The notes beneath the pieces were generated by a model, which made no database searches, had not been told where the DNA came from, and saw nothing but the letters and a program-made list of their open reading frames with translations. The translations under genes were made by a program, and so were the position numbers. A stretch of 63,909 nucleotides of DNA, the filler included, from Vicugna vicugna (Eukaryota), in NCBI GenBank assembly GCA_013265495.1. It is 79 parts of 76 records of this genome, joined end to end, with 100 filler letters (N's around TTAATTAATTAA, not from the genome) between each part and the next. Parts side by side here need not be neighbours in the genome. Positions count along the whole stretch, not along the records: positions 11,274 to 11,723 come from PNXW01024362.1; positions 11,824 to 12,765 come from MU062440.1; positions 12,866 to 13,597 come from MU062441.1; positions 13,698 to 14,192 come from MU062442.1; positions 14,293 to 16,111 come from MU062443.1; positions 16,212 to 16,994 come from MU062444.1; positions 17,095 to 17,740 come from PNXW01024373.1; positions 17,841 to 18,430 come from PNXW01024382.1; 71 more parts are not named here. The stretch is one strand, 5' to 3'. Within the stretch, counting starts at the first letter, position 1. Every line of letters begins with the position of its first letter. Below are positions 11,274 to 23,357 of the stretch, piece after piece.

Positions 11274-11723
11274 TTCTTCCTGGTTCAGTCAATTTCTAGG
11301 AATTTGTCCATTTCTTTTATGTTCTCTATTTTAATGATGAATAATTGTCCATAGTAAGGGTTATATAATCCTTTGTATATCTATGATGCAAGCTTCAACT
11401 TCTCCTTTTTGATTTCTGATTTTATTCATTTGCCCTTCCACCTTTTTTCCCAGTGATTAGTCTGGCTCAAGATATGTCAAATTTGTTTATCTTTTCAAGA
11501 ATGAGCCCTTAGTTTCATTGACCTTGTCTATTATTTTCTTAGTCTTTATTTCTTTTATTTCAGCTCTGTCTTTAATATTTATATCCTTATACTAAATTTG
11601 GGTTTTGTTTATTCAATTTCTAGTTTGTTTATGTGTAAAGATAGGTGGTTTATTTCAGATTTTTCTTGATGTTATTGGGTTTGTTTATGTGTAAAGATAG
11701 GTGGTTTATTTCAGATTTTTCTT
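11274..11723 (-). mobile_element. Old L1 ORF2 fragment
   Basis: TTTCTAGGAATTTGTCCATTTCTT...TTTGTTTATCTTTTCAAGAA is antisense L1 ORF2. Confidence 0.85.
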
Positions 11724-11823
11724 NNNNNNNNNNNNNNNNNNNNNNNNNNNNNNNNNNNNNNNNNNNNTTAATTAATTAANNNNNNNNNNNNNNNNNNNNN
11801 NNNNNNNNNNNNNNNNNNNNNNN

Positions 11824-11995
11824 ATTACAAGATATTGAATATAGTTCCCTGTGCTATACAAAAGAAATATGGTTTTTTAATCTATTTTTATATATAGTGG
11901 TTAACATTTACAAGTCTCGAATTTCCAAATTTATCCCTTCTCACCCTCTTTCCCCCGGTAACCATAAGACTGTTTACTACGTCTGCGAGTCTCAG
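11824..11995 (-). mobile_element. L1 3'UTR fragment (cetartiodactyl type)
   Basis: ATTACAAGATATTGAATATAGTTCCCTGTGCTATACA...CCCCCGGTAACCATAAG. Confidence 0.85.
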
Positions 11996-12049
11996 AACGT
12001 ACTCACCTTATAGCTGGAAGTTTGTACTCTGACTAAGAATTGTAGGAAT

Positions 12050-12310
12050 TCTTAAGCGTTCTTCCATCAAGTTCCTTCCTGGGTATGTTTTGTGGGTGCT
12101 TTCTCCCAGTCCTAAACTTATCTACTAATTCTCTTATTGGTGAAGTTTAAAACTTTGGTAAGATCTAATTTATCAATGTTTTCCCATTGTAGTTTCTGCT
12201 CTCTGTGTCTTGCCTAAGAAATATTTTCTTATCCTAAGTTGGTGAAGATATTCGGTTTTATTCTAGATACTTTTAAGTTTATATCTATGATTTGTCTCTA
12301 ATATTTTTTT
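12050..12310 (-). mobile_element. Old L1M ORF2 fragment
   Basis: TCTAATTTATCAATGTTTTCCC...TGTGTCTTGCCTAAGAAATATTTTCTTATCC. Confidence 0.55.
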
Positions 12311-12499
12311 TNNNNNNNNNNNNNNNNNNNNNNNNNNNNNNNNNNNNNNNNNNNTAAAGAAAAACATGTAGGAGTCAGTGGGAACATTACTGGCCTTGAA
12401 ACCCAAGGTGTATCTTGGTTGTGTCCAGCCAGGTGGCCTTGGGCAGGTCCCTATCTAGGGAACAAAGTGACCCACTGAAGGTCAGTGCATGTGTGTGTA

Positions 12500-12587
12500 T
12501 TTTTTTTTTAAATGGAGGTACTGGAGATTGAACCCAGGGCCTCGGCATGCTAAGCATGTGCTCTGCCACTGAGCTATACTCAACCCC
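12500..12587 (-). mobile_element. tRNA-derived short SINE, Vic-1-like (camelid)
   Basis: Minus strand reads GGGGTTGAGTATAGCTCAGTGGCAGAGCACATGCTTAGCATGCCGAGGCCCTGGGTTCAATCTCCAGTACCTCCATTT plus a poly-A tail; Pol III A box TAGCTCAGTGG and B box GGTTCAATC. Family name is from recall. Confidence 0.88.
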
Positions 12588-12865
12588 TACAACTGTCTTT
12601 TTTGTGTGTTTTTTGTTTTTTTCCAGTGAAGTGTCTTTGAAATCTAATTGGAGACACTGCTCAGCAGTGAGGACACATGACTCTCCAGAAGGCTGACGTA
12701 GAAGAAAATGTGGAACTCCCAGCGCCCAGTGCTGACGAGGGCCGGGGGTCCCCCTCCACAGCCTGNNNNNNNNNNNNNNNNNNNNNNNNNNNNNNNNNNN
12801 NNNNNNNNNTTAATTAATTAANNNNNNNNNNNNNNNNNNNNNNNNNNNNNNNNNNNNNNNNNNNN

Positions 12866-13597
12866 AGGCGCTGCTGTCAGTTGGAGGAACTTCCCTGCCC
12901 TCAGAATTCCTGAACACGTTCTTAGGTGTGGGAGAGTTGTGCAGCCCCACTGCACACAGATGAATGGAGGAAAAAGTGTTCCGTTTAGGGAGAAGTCCTC
13001 TAAGTACTTCCTCAATGGATCAGGGGGCACACACTGCTACTTGGCCTCCAAGCCCAACCCCCAGCTTTCCCTCATGGCCTGGCCTAAAGGAACAATCAGG
13101 GAAAAGAAGATAAGGGATACTAATAGAACCCAGGTGCTGCTGTCAATTTGAGGAACATCCCCACACTTATAAACCCAGAAAAATTCTTCACGTGTTTGCT
13201 GGATGTAGGGAAAGAGTCAAATCATATTTCAGGGGGCACATTTATTCCATGGTTGTGGTTTGTAGGTTAAAAACCCACATCCCATGGATAGGCTCTCGCT
13301 AATACTTGGTTTAGAGCCCAACCCCCACTTTCCCCCACTCTCCAGCCTAGGCATGCCATCAGGGAANNNNNNNNNNNNNNNNNNNNNNNNNNNNNNNNNN
13401 NNNNNNNNNNNNNNNNNNNNNNNNNNNNNNNNNNNNNNNNNNNNNNNNNNNNNNNNNNNNNNNNNNNNNNNNNNNNNNCACGCATCTTGGCACAGGTGTT
13501 CCAAGGTTGGGGAAGTATTTTAAAACCCTCCACTACCCACAGAGACGCACTTGCTAATACTTGGCTTTAGAGCCCATCCGCCACCATCGCTTACTGC
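12866..13597 (-). repeat. Satellite C (diverged ~266-bp monomers, HOR)
   Basis: CTGCTGTCA core at 12871 and 13137 (266 bp apart). Confidence 0.92.
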
Positions 13598-13697
13598 NNN
13601 NNNNNNNNNNNNNNNNNNNNNNNNNNNNNNNNNNNNNNNNNTTAATTAATTAANNNNNNNNNNNNNNNNNNNNNNNNNNNNNNNNNNNNNNNNNNNN

Positions 13698-14192
13698 GAA
13701 TCCTGATCTTGGGGAGGTTCCACCAACGGTCGGCAGCGCGTGATTTCTAACGAAATGCATAAGCTAGTTTCTCCTGAGGATTTTCTTAATGTCTCTGTGC
13801 CAGTAGATGCTAGGGTGGTTTGCAGGATATCCCAGTGACAGAGGCTGCCTCCCCAAACTCAGGGAAGGTTTTTCTCAGACTTCCCCGTACAGGGAACACC
13901 TGTGACTTTCGAGAGCTGCGTGGANNNNNNNNNNNNNNNNNNNNNNNNNNNNNNNNNNNNNNNNNNNNNNNNNNNNNNNNNNNNNNNNNNNNNNNNNNNN
14001 NNNNNNNNNNNNNNNNNNNNNNNNNNNNNNNNNNNNNNNNNNNNNNNNNNNNNNNNNNNNNNNNNNNNNNNNNNNNNNNNNNNNNNNNNNNNNNNNCAGT
14101 AGGCTGCCTCCCCAAGGTCAGGGAAAGCATATCTCGGATTTCCCCGGAAAGGGAACACCTCTGACTGAAGAAAGCGGCGTGGAGTTTTCTCA
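13698..14192 (+). repeat. Satellite A
   Basis: GGGGAGGTTCCACCAACGGTCGGCAGCGCG and CAGGGAACACCTGTGACT motifs. Confidence 0.95.
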
Positions 14193-14292
14193 NNNNNNNN
14201 NNNNNNNNNNNNNNNNNNNNNNNNNNNNNNNNNNNNTTAATTAATTAANNNNNNNNNNNNNNNNNNNNNNNNNNNNNNNNNNNNNNNNNNNN

Positions 14293-16111
14293 CTCGAGCT
14301 CCCCCACGCACTGACAATGTTTCCTGAATCCTGAGAGATGGGAGGTTCCACCAACGACCGGCAGCGCGTGGGTTATAACGGAATGCATAAGCTCGTCTCC
14401 CCATAGGGTTTCCCTAATTTCTCTGTGCCAGGGAATGCTAGGGGGGTTTTCAGGATATCCCAGTGACAGAGGCTGNNNNNNNNNNNNNNNNNNNNNNNNN
14501 NNNNNNNNNNNNNNNNNNNNNNNNNNNNNNNNNNNNNNNNNNNNNNNNNNNNNNNNNNNNNNNNNNNNNNNNNNNNNNNNNNNNNNNNNNNNNNNNNNNN
14601 NNNNNNNNNNNNNNNNNNNNNNNNNNNNNNNNNNNNNNNNNNNNNNNNNNNNNNNNNNNNNNNNNNNNNNNNNNNNNNNNNNNNNNNNNNNNNNNNNNNN
14701 NNNNNNNNNNNNNNNNNNNNNNNNNNNNNNNNNNNNNNNNNNNNNNNNNNNNNNNNNNNNNNNNNNNNNNNNNNNNNNNNNNNNNNNNNNNNNNNNNNNN
14801 NNNNNNNNNNNNNNNNNNNNNNNNNNNNNNNNNNNNNNNNNNNNNNNNNNNNNNNNNNNNNNNNNNNNNNNNNNNNNNNNNNNNNNNNNNNNNNNNNNNN
14901 NNNNNNNNNNNNNNNNNNNNNNNNNNNNNNNNNNNNNNNNNNNNNNNNNNNNNNNNNNNNNNNNNNNNNNNNNNNNNNNNNNNNNNNNNNNNNNNNNNNN
15001 NNNNNNNNNNNNNNNNNNNNNNNNNNNNNNNNNNNNNNNNNNNNNNNNNNNNNNNNNNNNNNNNNNNNNNNNNNNNNNNNNNNNNNNNNNNNNNNNNNNN
15101 NNNNNNNNNNNNNNNNNNNNNNNNNNNNNNNNNNNNNNNNNNNNNNNNNNNNNNNNNNNNNNNNNNNNNNNNNNNNNNNNNNNNNNNNNNNNNNNNNNNN
15201 NNNNNNNNNNNNNNNNNNNNNNNNNNNNNNNNNNNNNNNNNNNNNNNNNNNNNNNNNNNNNNNNNNNNNNNNNNNNNNNNNNNNNNNNNNNNNNNNNNNN
15301 NNNNNNNNNNNNNNNNNNNNNNNNNNNNNNNNNNNNNNNNNNNNNNNNNNNNNNNNNNNNNNNNNNNNNNNNNNNNNNNNNNNNTAAGCTGGTCCCCCCT
15401 GAGTGTTTTCTTAATGTCTCTCTGCCAGGGAATGCTAGAGGGGTTTGCAGGATATCCCAGGGACAGAGGATGACTCCCCAAGATCAGGGAAGTTATTTCT
15501 CGAACTTCCCCGTACATGGAAAACATGTGACTGAAGAGAGCTGCGTGGTGTTGACTCTCGAGCTCCCCCACACACTGACAATGTTTCCGGAATCCTGAGA
15601 GCGTGGAGGTTCCACAAACGGTCGGCAGCGCGTGGGTTCAAACGGAATGCCGAAGCTGGTCTCCCCTGAGGGTATTCCTAAAGTCTCTGTGCCAGGGAAT
15701 GCAAGGGGGGTTTGGAGGATATACCAGTGACAATGGCTGCCTCCTCAAGGTCAGGGAAGGTATTTCTCGGATATCACCGAACAGGGAACACCTGTGACTG
15801 AAGAGATCTTCATGGAGTTGTCTCTCGAGCTCCCACACGCACTGACAATTGTTCAGGAATCCGGAGCGTTGGGAGGTTCCACCATCGGTCGGCAGCACGT
15901 GGGTTCTAACGGAATGCCTAAGCTCGTCTCCCCTGAGAGTTTTCCTAATGTCTCTGTGCCAGGGAATGCTAGGGGGGTTTGCATGATATCCCAGTGACAG
16001 AGGCTGCCTCCCAAAGTTCAGGGAAGTTATTTCTCGGACTTGCGCGAAAGAAGTTATTTACTTGCGCGAACAGGGATCACCTGTGACTGAAGAGAGCTGC
16101 GTGGAGTTTTC
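14293..16111 (+). repeat. Satellite A
   Basis: About 2.7 consecutive monomers at 15385-16111, plus a partial monomer before the gap. Confidence 0.95.
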
Positions 16112-16211
16112 NNNNNNNNNNNNNNNNNNNNNNNNNNNNNNNNNNNNNNNNNNNNTTAATTAATTAANNNNNNNNNNNNNNNNNNNNNNNNNNNNNNNNN
16201 NNNNNNNNNNN

Positions 16212-16994
16212 AACCTCCCCACGCTCAGGATTCCGGAACCATTGTCAGTACGTGGTTGAAATCGAGAGACAATTCCACGCAGCTCTCTTCAGTAACAGGG
16301 GTTCCTCCTTCGGGGAAGTCCGAGATATAACTTCCCTGAGTTTGTGGAGGCAGCCTCTGACACTGGGATATCCTGCAATCACCCCTAGCATTCCCTAGCA
16401 CAGAGACATTAGGAAAATCCTCAGGGGAGACGAGCTTAGGCATTCCGTTAGAAGCCACGCGCTGCCGACCTTTGGTGGAACCTCCCCACGCTCAGGATTC
16501 CGAAACCATTGTCAGTGNNNNNNNNNNNNNNNNNNNNNNNNNNNNNNNNNNNNNNNNNNNNNNNNNNNNNNNNNNNNNNNNNNNNNNNNNNNNNNNNNNN
16601 NNNNNNNNNNNNNNNNNNNNNNNNNNNNNNNNNNNNNNNNNNNNNNNNNNNNNNNNNNNNNNNNNNNNNNNNNNNNNNNNNNNNNNNNNNNNNNNNNNNN
16701 NNNNNNNNNNNNNNNNNNNNNNNNNNNNNNNNNNNNNNNNNNNNNNNNNNNNNNNNNNNNNNNNNNNNNNNNNNNNNNNNNNNNNNNNNNNNNNNNNNNN
16801 NNNNNNNNNNNNNNNNNNNNNNNNNNNNNNNNNNNNNNNNNNNNNNNNNNNNNNNNNNNNNNNNNNNNNNNNNNNNNNNNNNNNNNNNNNNNNNNNNNNN
16901 NNNNNNNNTAGCATTCCCCAGAGACATTAGGAAAAACCTCATTGGAGATGAGCTTACACATTCCGTTAGAACCCACGCGCTGCCGACCGTTGGT
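16212..16994 (-). repeat. Satellite A
   Basis: Reverse complement of the monomer (AACCTCCCCACGCTCAGGATTCC at 16212 and 16479). Confidence 0.95.
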
Positions 16995-17094
16995 NNNNNN
17001 NNNNNNNNNNNNNNNNNNNNNNNNNNNNNNNNNNNNNNTTAATTAATTAANNNNNNNNNNNNNNNNNNNNNNNNNNNNNNNNNNNNNNNNNNNN

Positions 17095-17740
17095 GCAGGA
17101 GAAACACGTTCTCTGGTTTCTTAGTCTGTTTCCAGGTGGTGATTTGAAGTTCCTGCAGTTTTCAATATAAAATAGCTTTGGACCTTGTACCTCCCCATAT
17201 ATATGTATGTAGAAGAGTTTCCAACTGAAAAGGAACCTTATGTTCTCAACAAGCGATGAGAAGGAATGCTTTGACACACACTTTAATCTTATAACTAAGC
17301 AAGGGGAGAGACTTTCGTTCAGGTAGCACAAAGGAAACAGTTGGCAGTAGAAAACCTTACTCAGGTTTCTCAATCTGTTTCCTACTGCCGTTTGAATTTT
17401 CCTGCAGCATTCACTGAAAAACCGAGTTGGAACTTGTACCTCCACAAATATATGCAGATAGAGGACATTGTAACTAAAAAGAAACTTGTTCTTCCATTGA
17501 AGCTAGGTGAAGGACGGATTACACACACATTTATCTCTCAGAACTGAGCATGTGGAGAGACGTTCGTTCATCTAGCACAAAGGGAAAACTGTGGATTCTC
17601 AGTCTGTTTCCTAGTGCCGGTTTGAAGTTTCTGCAGTTTTCACTGTAAAAGCGAGTTATAGCTTGTACCTCGCAATATATATGTGTGGAGTAGACTTGGC
17701 AACTGAAAGGAAACTATGTGTTCCCTTCAAGCTAGTTGAA
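17095..17740 (+). repeat. Satellite B (~248 bp), diverged monomers, last one with a deletion
   Basis: TCTGTTTCCTAGTGCCGGTTTGAAGTT-like motif occurs three times; reverse complement of the 33544 array. Confidence 0.92.
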
Positions 17741-19254
17741 NNNNNNNNNNNNNNNNNNNNNNNNNNNNNNNNNNNNNNNNNNNNTTAATTAATTAANNNN
17801 NNNNNNNNNNNNNNNNNNNNNNNNNNNNNNNNNNNNNNNNCTGCAGTTGCTGCCTCTTGGCCAAATCAACAATATCCTCTCCATGAAAATTAATATTTTC
17901 TAAACATCCATCAAAGTTTTTCCTTGAAATGTCACTGATTTAAGGTGCTAACATCCTTCTAAATCTGATCTTAGAAAAATGACATCAATATATTCTCTAG
18001 TGATTTTCTGATAATTTGCTTGGAAAAGTCATGATTCACAGGTCCAGCAGTAAGAGTCAGAGGTAGGTCTATTCTGCATAATTACATATTGTTGTGCTAG
18101 TTTTAAGTGAAATTCTGAGATGCAGATCCTGCCTCAGTTCACACACATCTGCTACCCCCACATGAGAGCGCATCATCTTGTTAGGGACACTGGAGTGACA
18201 GCTGCAGGGCGGCCAGGCCTGGGGGCCCTGGATCAGCACACAGACCCCTCCTCCTTGTCACACCTGCCTGGGTTCCTCCAGAGCAGGGGAAGCTGCACCC
18301 CTGGGGAGGATCGTGTCTGGTGCTGGCAGGGCTGGGGGTGAGGACCCAGTCCCCCGGGCCTCAGGGCAGCTCGGGATGCAGCCCCCCTACCCAGTTCCCT
18401 GCAGGACCAGGGGAGAGGCTCAGCCATCCTNNNNNNNNNNNNNNNNNNNNNNNNNNNNNNNNNNNNNNNNNNNNTTAATTAATTAANNNNNNNNNNNNNN
18501 NNNNNNNNNNNNNNNNNNNNNNNNNNNNNNTTTGCCCCCACTGCCACCTGGGGGCAAAGCACCAGAGTGTATGGTCGCTGTGTCTGAGCTCCAGCTCTCT
18601 TCACCTAGAAACTTTTGTGGATTTTCAGAGATGGGGATGGCACCCTTCCCACAATAGGGCACATCTGCCCTGTTGTTTTATGGAGGCCCCAGGTTGTTCT
18701 GCCATGTGCACCCACAGCAATGGCTAAAGCCCACTCCATTCCCCCAGGCCACCACAGTGCACTCATTCCCATCTACCACTCAGTGCGGGCAGCATGGCCC
18801 TGCCCCCAGCTTCCGGGCTGCATCTTCAGATGGGTGTCACAGGGATCCTCTGTGCCTGTTTAACTTAGTTCTGTCATTCAACTTATACTATGTACAGGGC
18901 CAAGCCTTGGAGGCTCCCCCTCCGTCCTGCTGATCTCTCAGTTGGAGAGGGGAGACATAGTGAATGAGCACCAATCCTTCTTTGCTGCTCCCTCCCTGTG
19001 GGACCTGTCCCATTCTGTTTTGCCTTTTATTCTTTTTTTCTTCCTTTTCTCCTACCAGATTTTTCGCATCTTTATCTACTGAAGAGGACAATGATCTGTC
19101 AGATTACTGCAGGTTATTTGGTTAGCTGAGTGGGTCTGTGGATATGAGCCTTGGTGCATTTGTGGAAAGGGTGAGCTACGAGCATCTTTCTACTCCTCCA
19201 TCTTTGCCTCCCCCAAAGAAAGTCTCACTTTATGGTGGAAGATAAACATAGTCT

Positions 19255-19739
19255 GGAAAAAATGGAAAAGATATTCCATGGAAATGACAATAAAGTGCAG
19301 ATTGNNNNNNNNNNNNNNNNNNNNNNNNNNNNNNNNNNNNNNNNNNNNNNNNNNNNNNNNNNNNNNNNNNNNNNNNNNNNNNNNNNNNNNNNNNNNNNNN
19401 NNNNNNNNNNNNNNNNNNNNNNNNNNNNNNNNNNNNNNNNNNNNNNNNNNNNNNNNNNNNNNNNNNNNNNNNNNNNNNNNNNNNNNNNNNNNNNNNNNNN
19501 NNNNNNNNNNNNNNNNNNNNNNNNNNNNNNNNNNNNNNNNNNNNNNNNNNNNNNNNNNNNNNNNNNNNNNNNNNNNNNNNNNNNNNNNNNNNNNNNNNNN
19601 NNNNNNNNNNNNNNNNNNTTTGAACCTAGCTATTGGAAACTACACCAGAAAAGCAGAACACAGAAACTTTTCAAGTGTGCACAGGATGCTGTCAAAGGAA
19701 TTAACCACATATTATGTCATGAAATGAGCCTCAGGGACT
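19255..19739 (+). mobile_element. Degenerate L1 ORF2 endonuclease region
   Basis: ATGGAAAAGATATTCCATGGAAATG (WKKIFHAN-like) and GCAGAACAC...TTTTCAAGTGTGCACAGG...AACCACATATTATGTCATG (AEYTFFSSAHG..IDHILGH-like). Confidence 0.75.
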
Positions 19740-19840
19740 NNNNNNNNNNNNNNNNNNNNNNNNNNNNNNNNNNNNNNNNNNNNTTAATTAATTAANNNNN
19801 NNNNNNNNNNNNNNNNNNNNNNNNNNNNNNNNNNNNNNNA

Positions 19841-20212
19841 TAATATTCTGTGAGTTGCTTTCTACCCTTGCCCAGAGATGAGAATCATCTGAATGTGGAG
19901 GAAAAAAGTTGGAGGTGGGGAACACAAAGTCTTTTCTCCTTTTGCTACTGAAGAAATGATTGCTTTTGTAATTAGTGATGATGCCCTTTAAATTGGTGAG
20001 ATCGAGATTCCACAGCTTCAGCGCCTGTGAATAGCCAGCTGGGAGAAAGCTCTCCAGGGCCCCTGCAGTGGGAAAGGCAGCCCCTGTGAGCACCTGTTAT
20101 ACTGTATTCTTCCTGCCTCCACACGGTTTTGCTAGGCACCGTGCAGGACAATGCAGTTACCCATGGTGGAGGACAGGGAGACCCTGCTGTGTGGCGAGCC
20201 ACAGGAGCCCAC
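19841..20212 (-). repeat. Duplicated segment, copy 2 (see 2321-2700)
   Basis: Reverse-complement alignment; also visible as near-identical translated peptides in the ORF track. Confidence 0.95.
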
Positions 20213-20457
20213 ATTTGAAGGACAAAATGTAGAGTAGTGGGGCGGTCATAGGAACAGATGATGGTTGAGACCCAGGATAGTGTCCTGGAATCCAGCAGCC
20301 AAGGTTGGTGGGGCAGATGGGGCCCTGAAGCATGGGTAGTACTTGAGGGATCTGAAGNNNNNNNNNNNNNNNNNNNNNNNNNNNNNNNNNNNNNNNNNNN
20401 NTTAATTAATTAANNNNNNNNNNNNNNNNNNNNNNNNNNNNNNNNNNNNNNNNNNNN

Positions 20458-21127
20458 GGGGGGTTTGCAGGAAATCACAGTGACAGAGGCTGTCTCCCCA
20501 AGGTCAAGGAATGTATTTCTCGGACTTCCCCATATAGGGAACACCTGTGACTGAAGAGAGCTGCGTGGAGTTGTCTCTCGAGCTCCCCCACGCATTGACA
20601 ATGATTCCGGAATCGTGTGCGTGGGGAGGTTTCACCAACGGTCGACAGCGCGTGGGTTCTAACGGGATGCCTGAGCTGGTCTCCCCTGAGACCCCAAGGT
20701 CAGGGAAAGTGTTTCTCGGACTTCCCCGAACAGGGAACACCTGTGAATTAAGAGAGCTGCGTGGAGATTTCTCTCGAGCTCCCCCACGCACTGAAAATGG
20801 TTCCGGAATCCTGAGCGTGGGGTGGTTCCACCAACGATCGTCAGTGCAAGGGTTCTAACGGAATGCCTGAGCTCGTCTCCGCTGAGGGTTTTCCTAATCT
20901 CTCTTTGCCAGGGAAGGCTAGGGGGGGTTTGCAGGAAATCACAGTGACAGAGGCTGTCTCCCCAAGGTCAAGGAATGTATTTCTCGGACTTCCCCATATA
21001 GGGAACACCTGTGACTGAAGAGAGCTGCGTGGAGTTGTCTCTCGAGCTCCCCCACGCATTGACAATGATTCCGGAATCGTGTGCGTGGGGAGGTTTCACC
21101 AACGGTCGACAGCGCGTGGGTTCTAAC
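20458..21127 (+). repeat. Satellite A variant with 464-bp dimeric period
   Basis: 20463 onward recurs at 20927; one monomer lacks ~70 bp at 20690. Confidence 0.93.
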
Positions 21128-22824
21128 NNNNNNNNNNNNNNNNNNNNNNNNNNNNNNNNNNNNNNNNNNNNTTAATTAATTAANNNNNNNNNNNNNNNNN
21201 NNNNNNNNNNNNNNNNNNNNNNNNNNNAATGGCTTTTCTGATCAGATACAATTGCCTCAGATTTTTCAAGGCTACATGAATAATGAAATGTGTTTCAGCA
21301 GTTATCATTAAAAGTAGTTTTATTTTTCAAGTAAAAGCTGTAGACTGTTCTTACTTCCAGCCGTACAAGAAATTCTCATTGATATATGTACATGATCTAT
21401 GTGCTTAGTTTCTCTGTTTTTTNNNNNNNNNNNNNNNNNNNNNNNNNNNNNNNNNNNNNNNNNNNNNNNNNNNNNNNNNNNNNNNNNNNNNNNNNNNNNN
21501 NNNNNNNNNNNNNNNNNNNNNNNNNNNNNNNNNNNNNNNNNNNNNNNNNNNNNNNNNNNNNNNNNNNNNNNNNNNNNNNNNNNNNNNNNNNNNNNNNNNN
21601 NNNNNNNNNNNNNNNNNNNNNNNNNNNNNNNNNNNNNNNNNNNNNNNNNNNNNNNNNNNNNNNNNNNNNNNNNNNNNNNNNNNNNNNNNNNNNNNNNNNN
21701 NNNNNNNNNNNNNNNNNNNNNNNNNNNNNNNNNNNNNNNNNNNNNNNNNNNNNNNNNNNNNNNNNNNNNNNNNNNNNNNNNNNNNNNNNNNNNNNNNNNN
21801 NNNNNGTGGATTTTCACCTCTGAATGCCTTCTGTAATTAATACAGCAAATATCTGTTTTTGCAGTGCTTAATTATTTCATAAACTATTTATTGGCTTAAG
21901 CAGAAACAATGACAAAAAGTGATAATAAAAAAGTATGATAAACTTCCTTCCTTTGAAAAATAGAAATGAGGTAGTCAGCCTCACCCATGCTTTGTGCCTG
22001 ACACACTCTCATGTCATTGTGTATCTTGATTCTTAGATGGAGTTGCTTCAGGTTTGTAGATTATTGTTTGAACACTTTTGTTGAATCCTTTCTCGAGGCT
22101 GATGTATCCTGTTGGGTGTGTGGAAAGAGTAGAAGGGAAACAAATTCTTTGTTTTGTTTTCAGGAGGCCTGAGTTGATGAGAAAAGAGTTGAGGGTGGGC
22201 TGAAAAACAGAGTGACNNNNNNNNNNNNNNNNNNNNNNNNNNNNNNNNNNNNNNNNNNNNNNNNNNNNNNNNNNNNNNNNNNNNNNNNNNNNNNNNNNNN
22301 NNNNNNNNNNNNNNNNNNNNNNNNNNNNNNNNNNNNNNNNNNNNNNNNNNNNNNNNNNNNNNNNNNNNNNNNNNNNNNNNNNNNNNNNNNNNNNNNNNNN
22401 NNNNNNNNNNNNNNNNNNNNNNNNNNNNNNNNNNNNNNNNNNNNNNNNNNNNNNNNNNNNNNNNNNNNNNNNNNNNNNNNNNNNNNNNNNNNNNNNNNNN
22501 NNNNNNNNNNNNNNNNNNNNNNNNNNNNNNNNNNNNNNNNNNNNNNNNNNNNNNNNNNNNNNNNNNNNNNNNNNNNNNNNNNNNNNNNNNNNNNNNNNNN
22601 NNNNNNNNNAAGGATTTGTTAAGTTGTCCTCCATAATGGTTCCATGTTGAAGCCCATGATTGGGTTAACAAATTGTAACACACCCCAGTCGCCTGNNNNN
22701 NNNNNNNNNNNNNNNNNNNNNNNNNNNNNNNNNNNNNNNTTAATTAATTAANNNNNNNNNNNNNNNNNNNNNNNNNNNNNNNNNNNNNNNNNNNNGTCTA
22801 GACAAATACCGCACAGCCCCCATC

Positions 22825-23015
22825 CCTCAAGGAGATCACACTGTGTCGTGAAAGAGACAAATTTAAATAGATTTTCAAAACAATGTGGTAAGAGTCACTT
22901 GGCATTATATATACTATATGTTCAGAGGGGCTCTTGCACTGCCTGGGGCTGGGTTCTAGAAGGTAGGGAAGGTGTCAGAGAGGAAATACTTTCTGCACTG
23001 ACATCTGACGGATTC
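22825..23015 (-). mobile_element. Possible L2 fragment
   Basis: CCCTCAAGGAGATCACACT...AAAACAATGTGGTAAGAG...AGGGAAGGTGTCAGAGAGGA. Confidence 0.5.
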
Positions 23016-23357
23016 CAGCAAATCTCTAGNNNNNNNNNNNNNNNNNNNNNNNNNNNNNNNNNNNNNNNNNNNNNNNNNNNNNNTCATGCAGACGCCTGGT
23101 CGTGTCTAAGAGCACTTTGCACTTAGGGAAGGAAGGTCAGTGAGGCTAGAGGCTGTGAGGAACTAACGGAAGCTGAGGCTGAAAAAAAAGCAACAACTAG
23201 GTGATGAGAAGTTGTGACGTTAAATCAGGGAACGTGGACTTCCTCACACACGCCGCGNNNNNNNNNNNNNNNNNNNNNNNNNNNNNNNNNNNNNNNNNNN
23301 NTTAATTAATTAANNNNNNNNNNNNNNNNNNNNNNNNNNNNNNNNNNNNNNNNNNNN

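Noticed and set aside
12513..12587. tRNA gene
   Set aside because: The acceptor stem is degenerate and an A-tail follows; it fits a tRNA-derived SINE.
14435..15598. Long ORFs (200-390 aa) in the ORF track, including those ending in LIN
   Set aside because: They consist mostly of translated N runs, and LIN is the linker.
19931..20033. C/D snoRNA in the identical core (GTGATGA present)
   Set aside because: No downstream CTGA box D or terminal stem at a suitable distance; needs an Rfam search to exclude fully.
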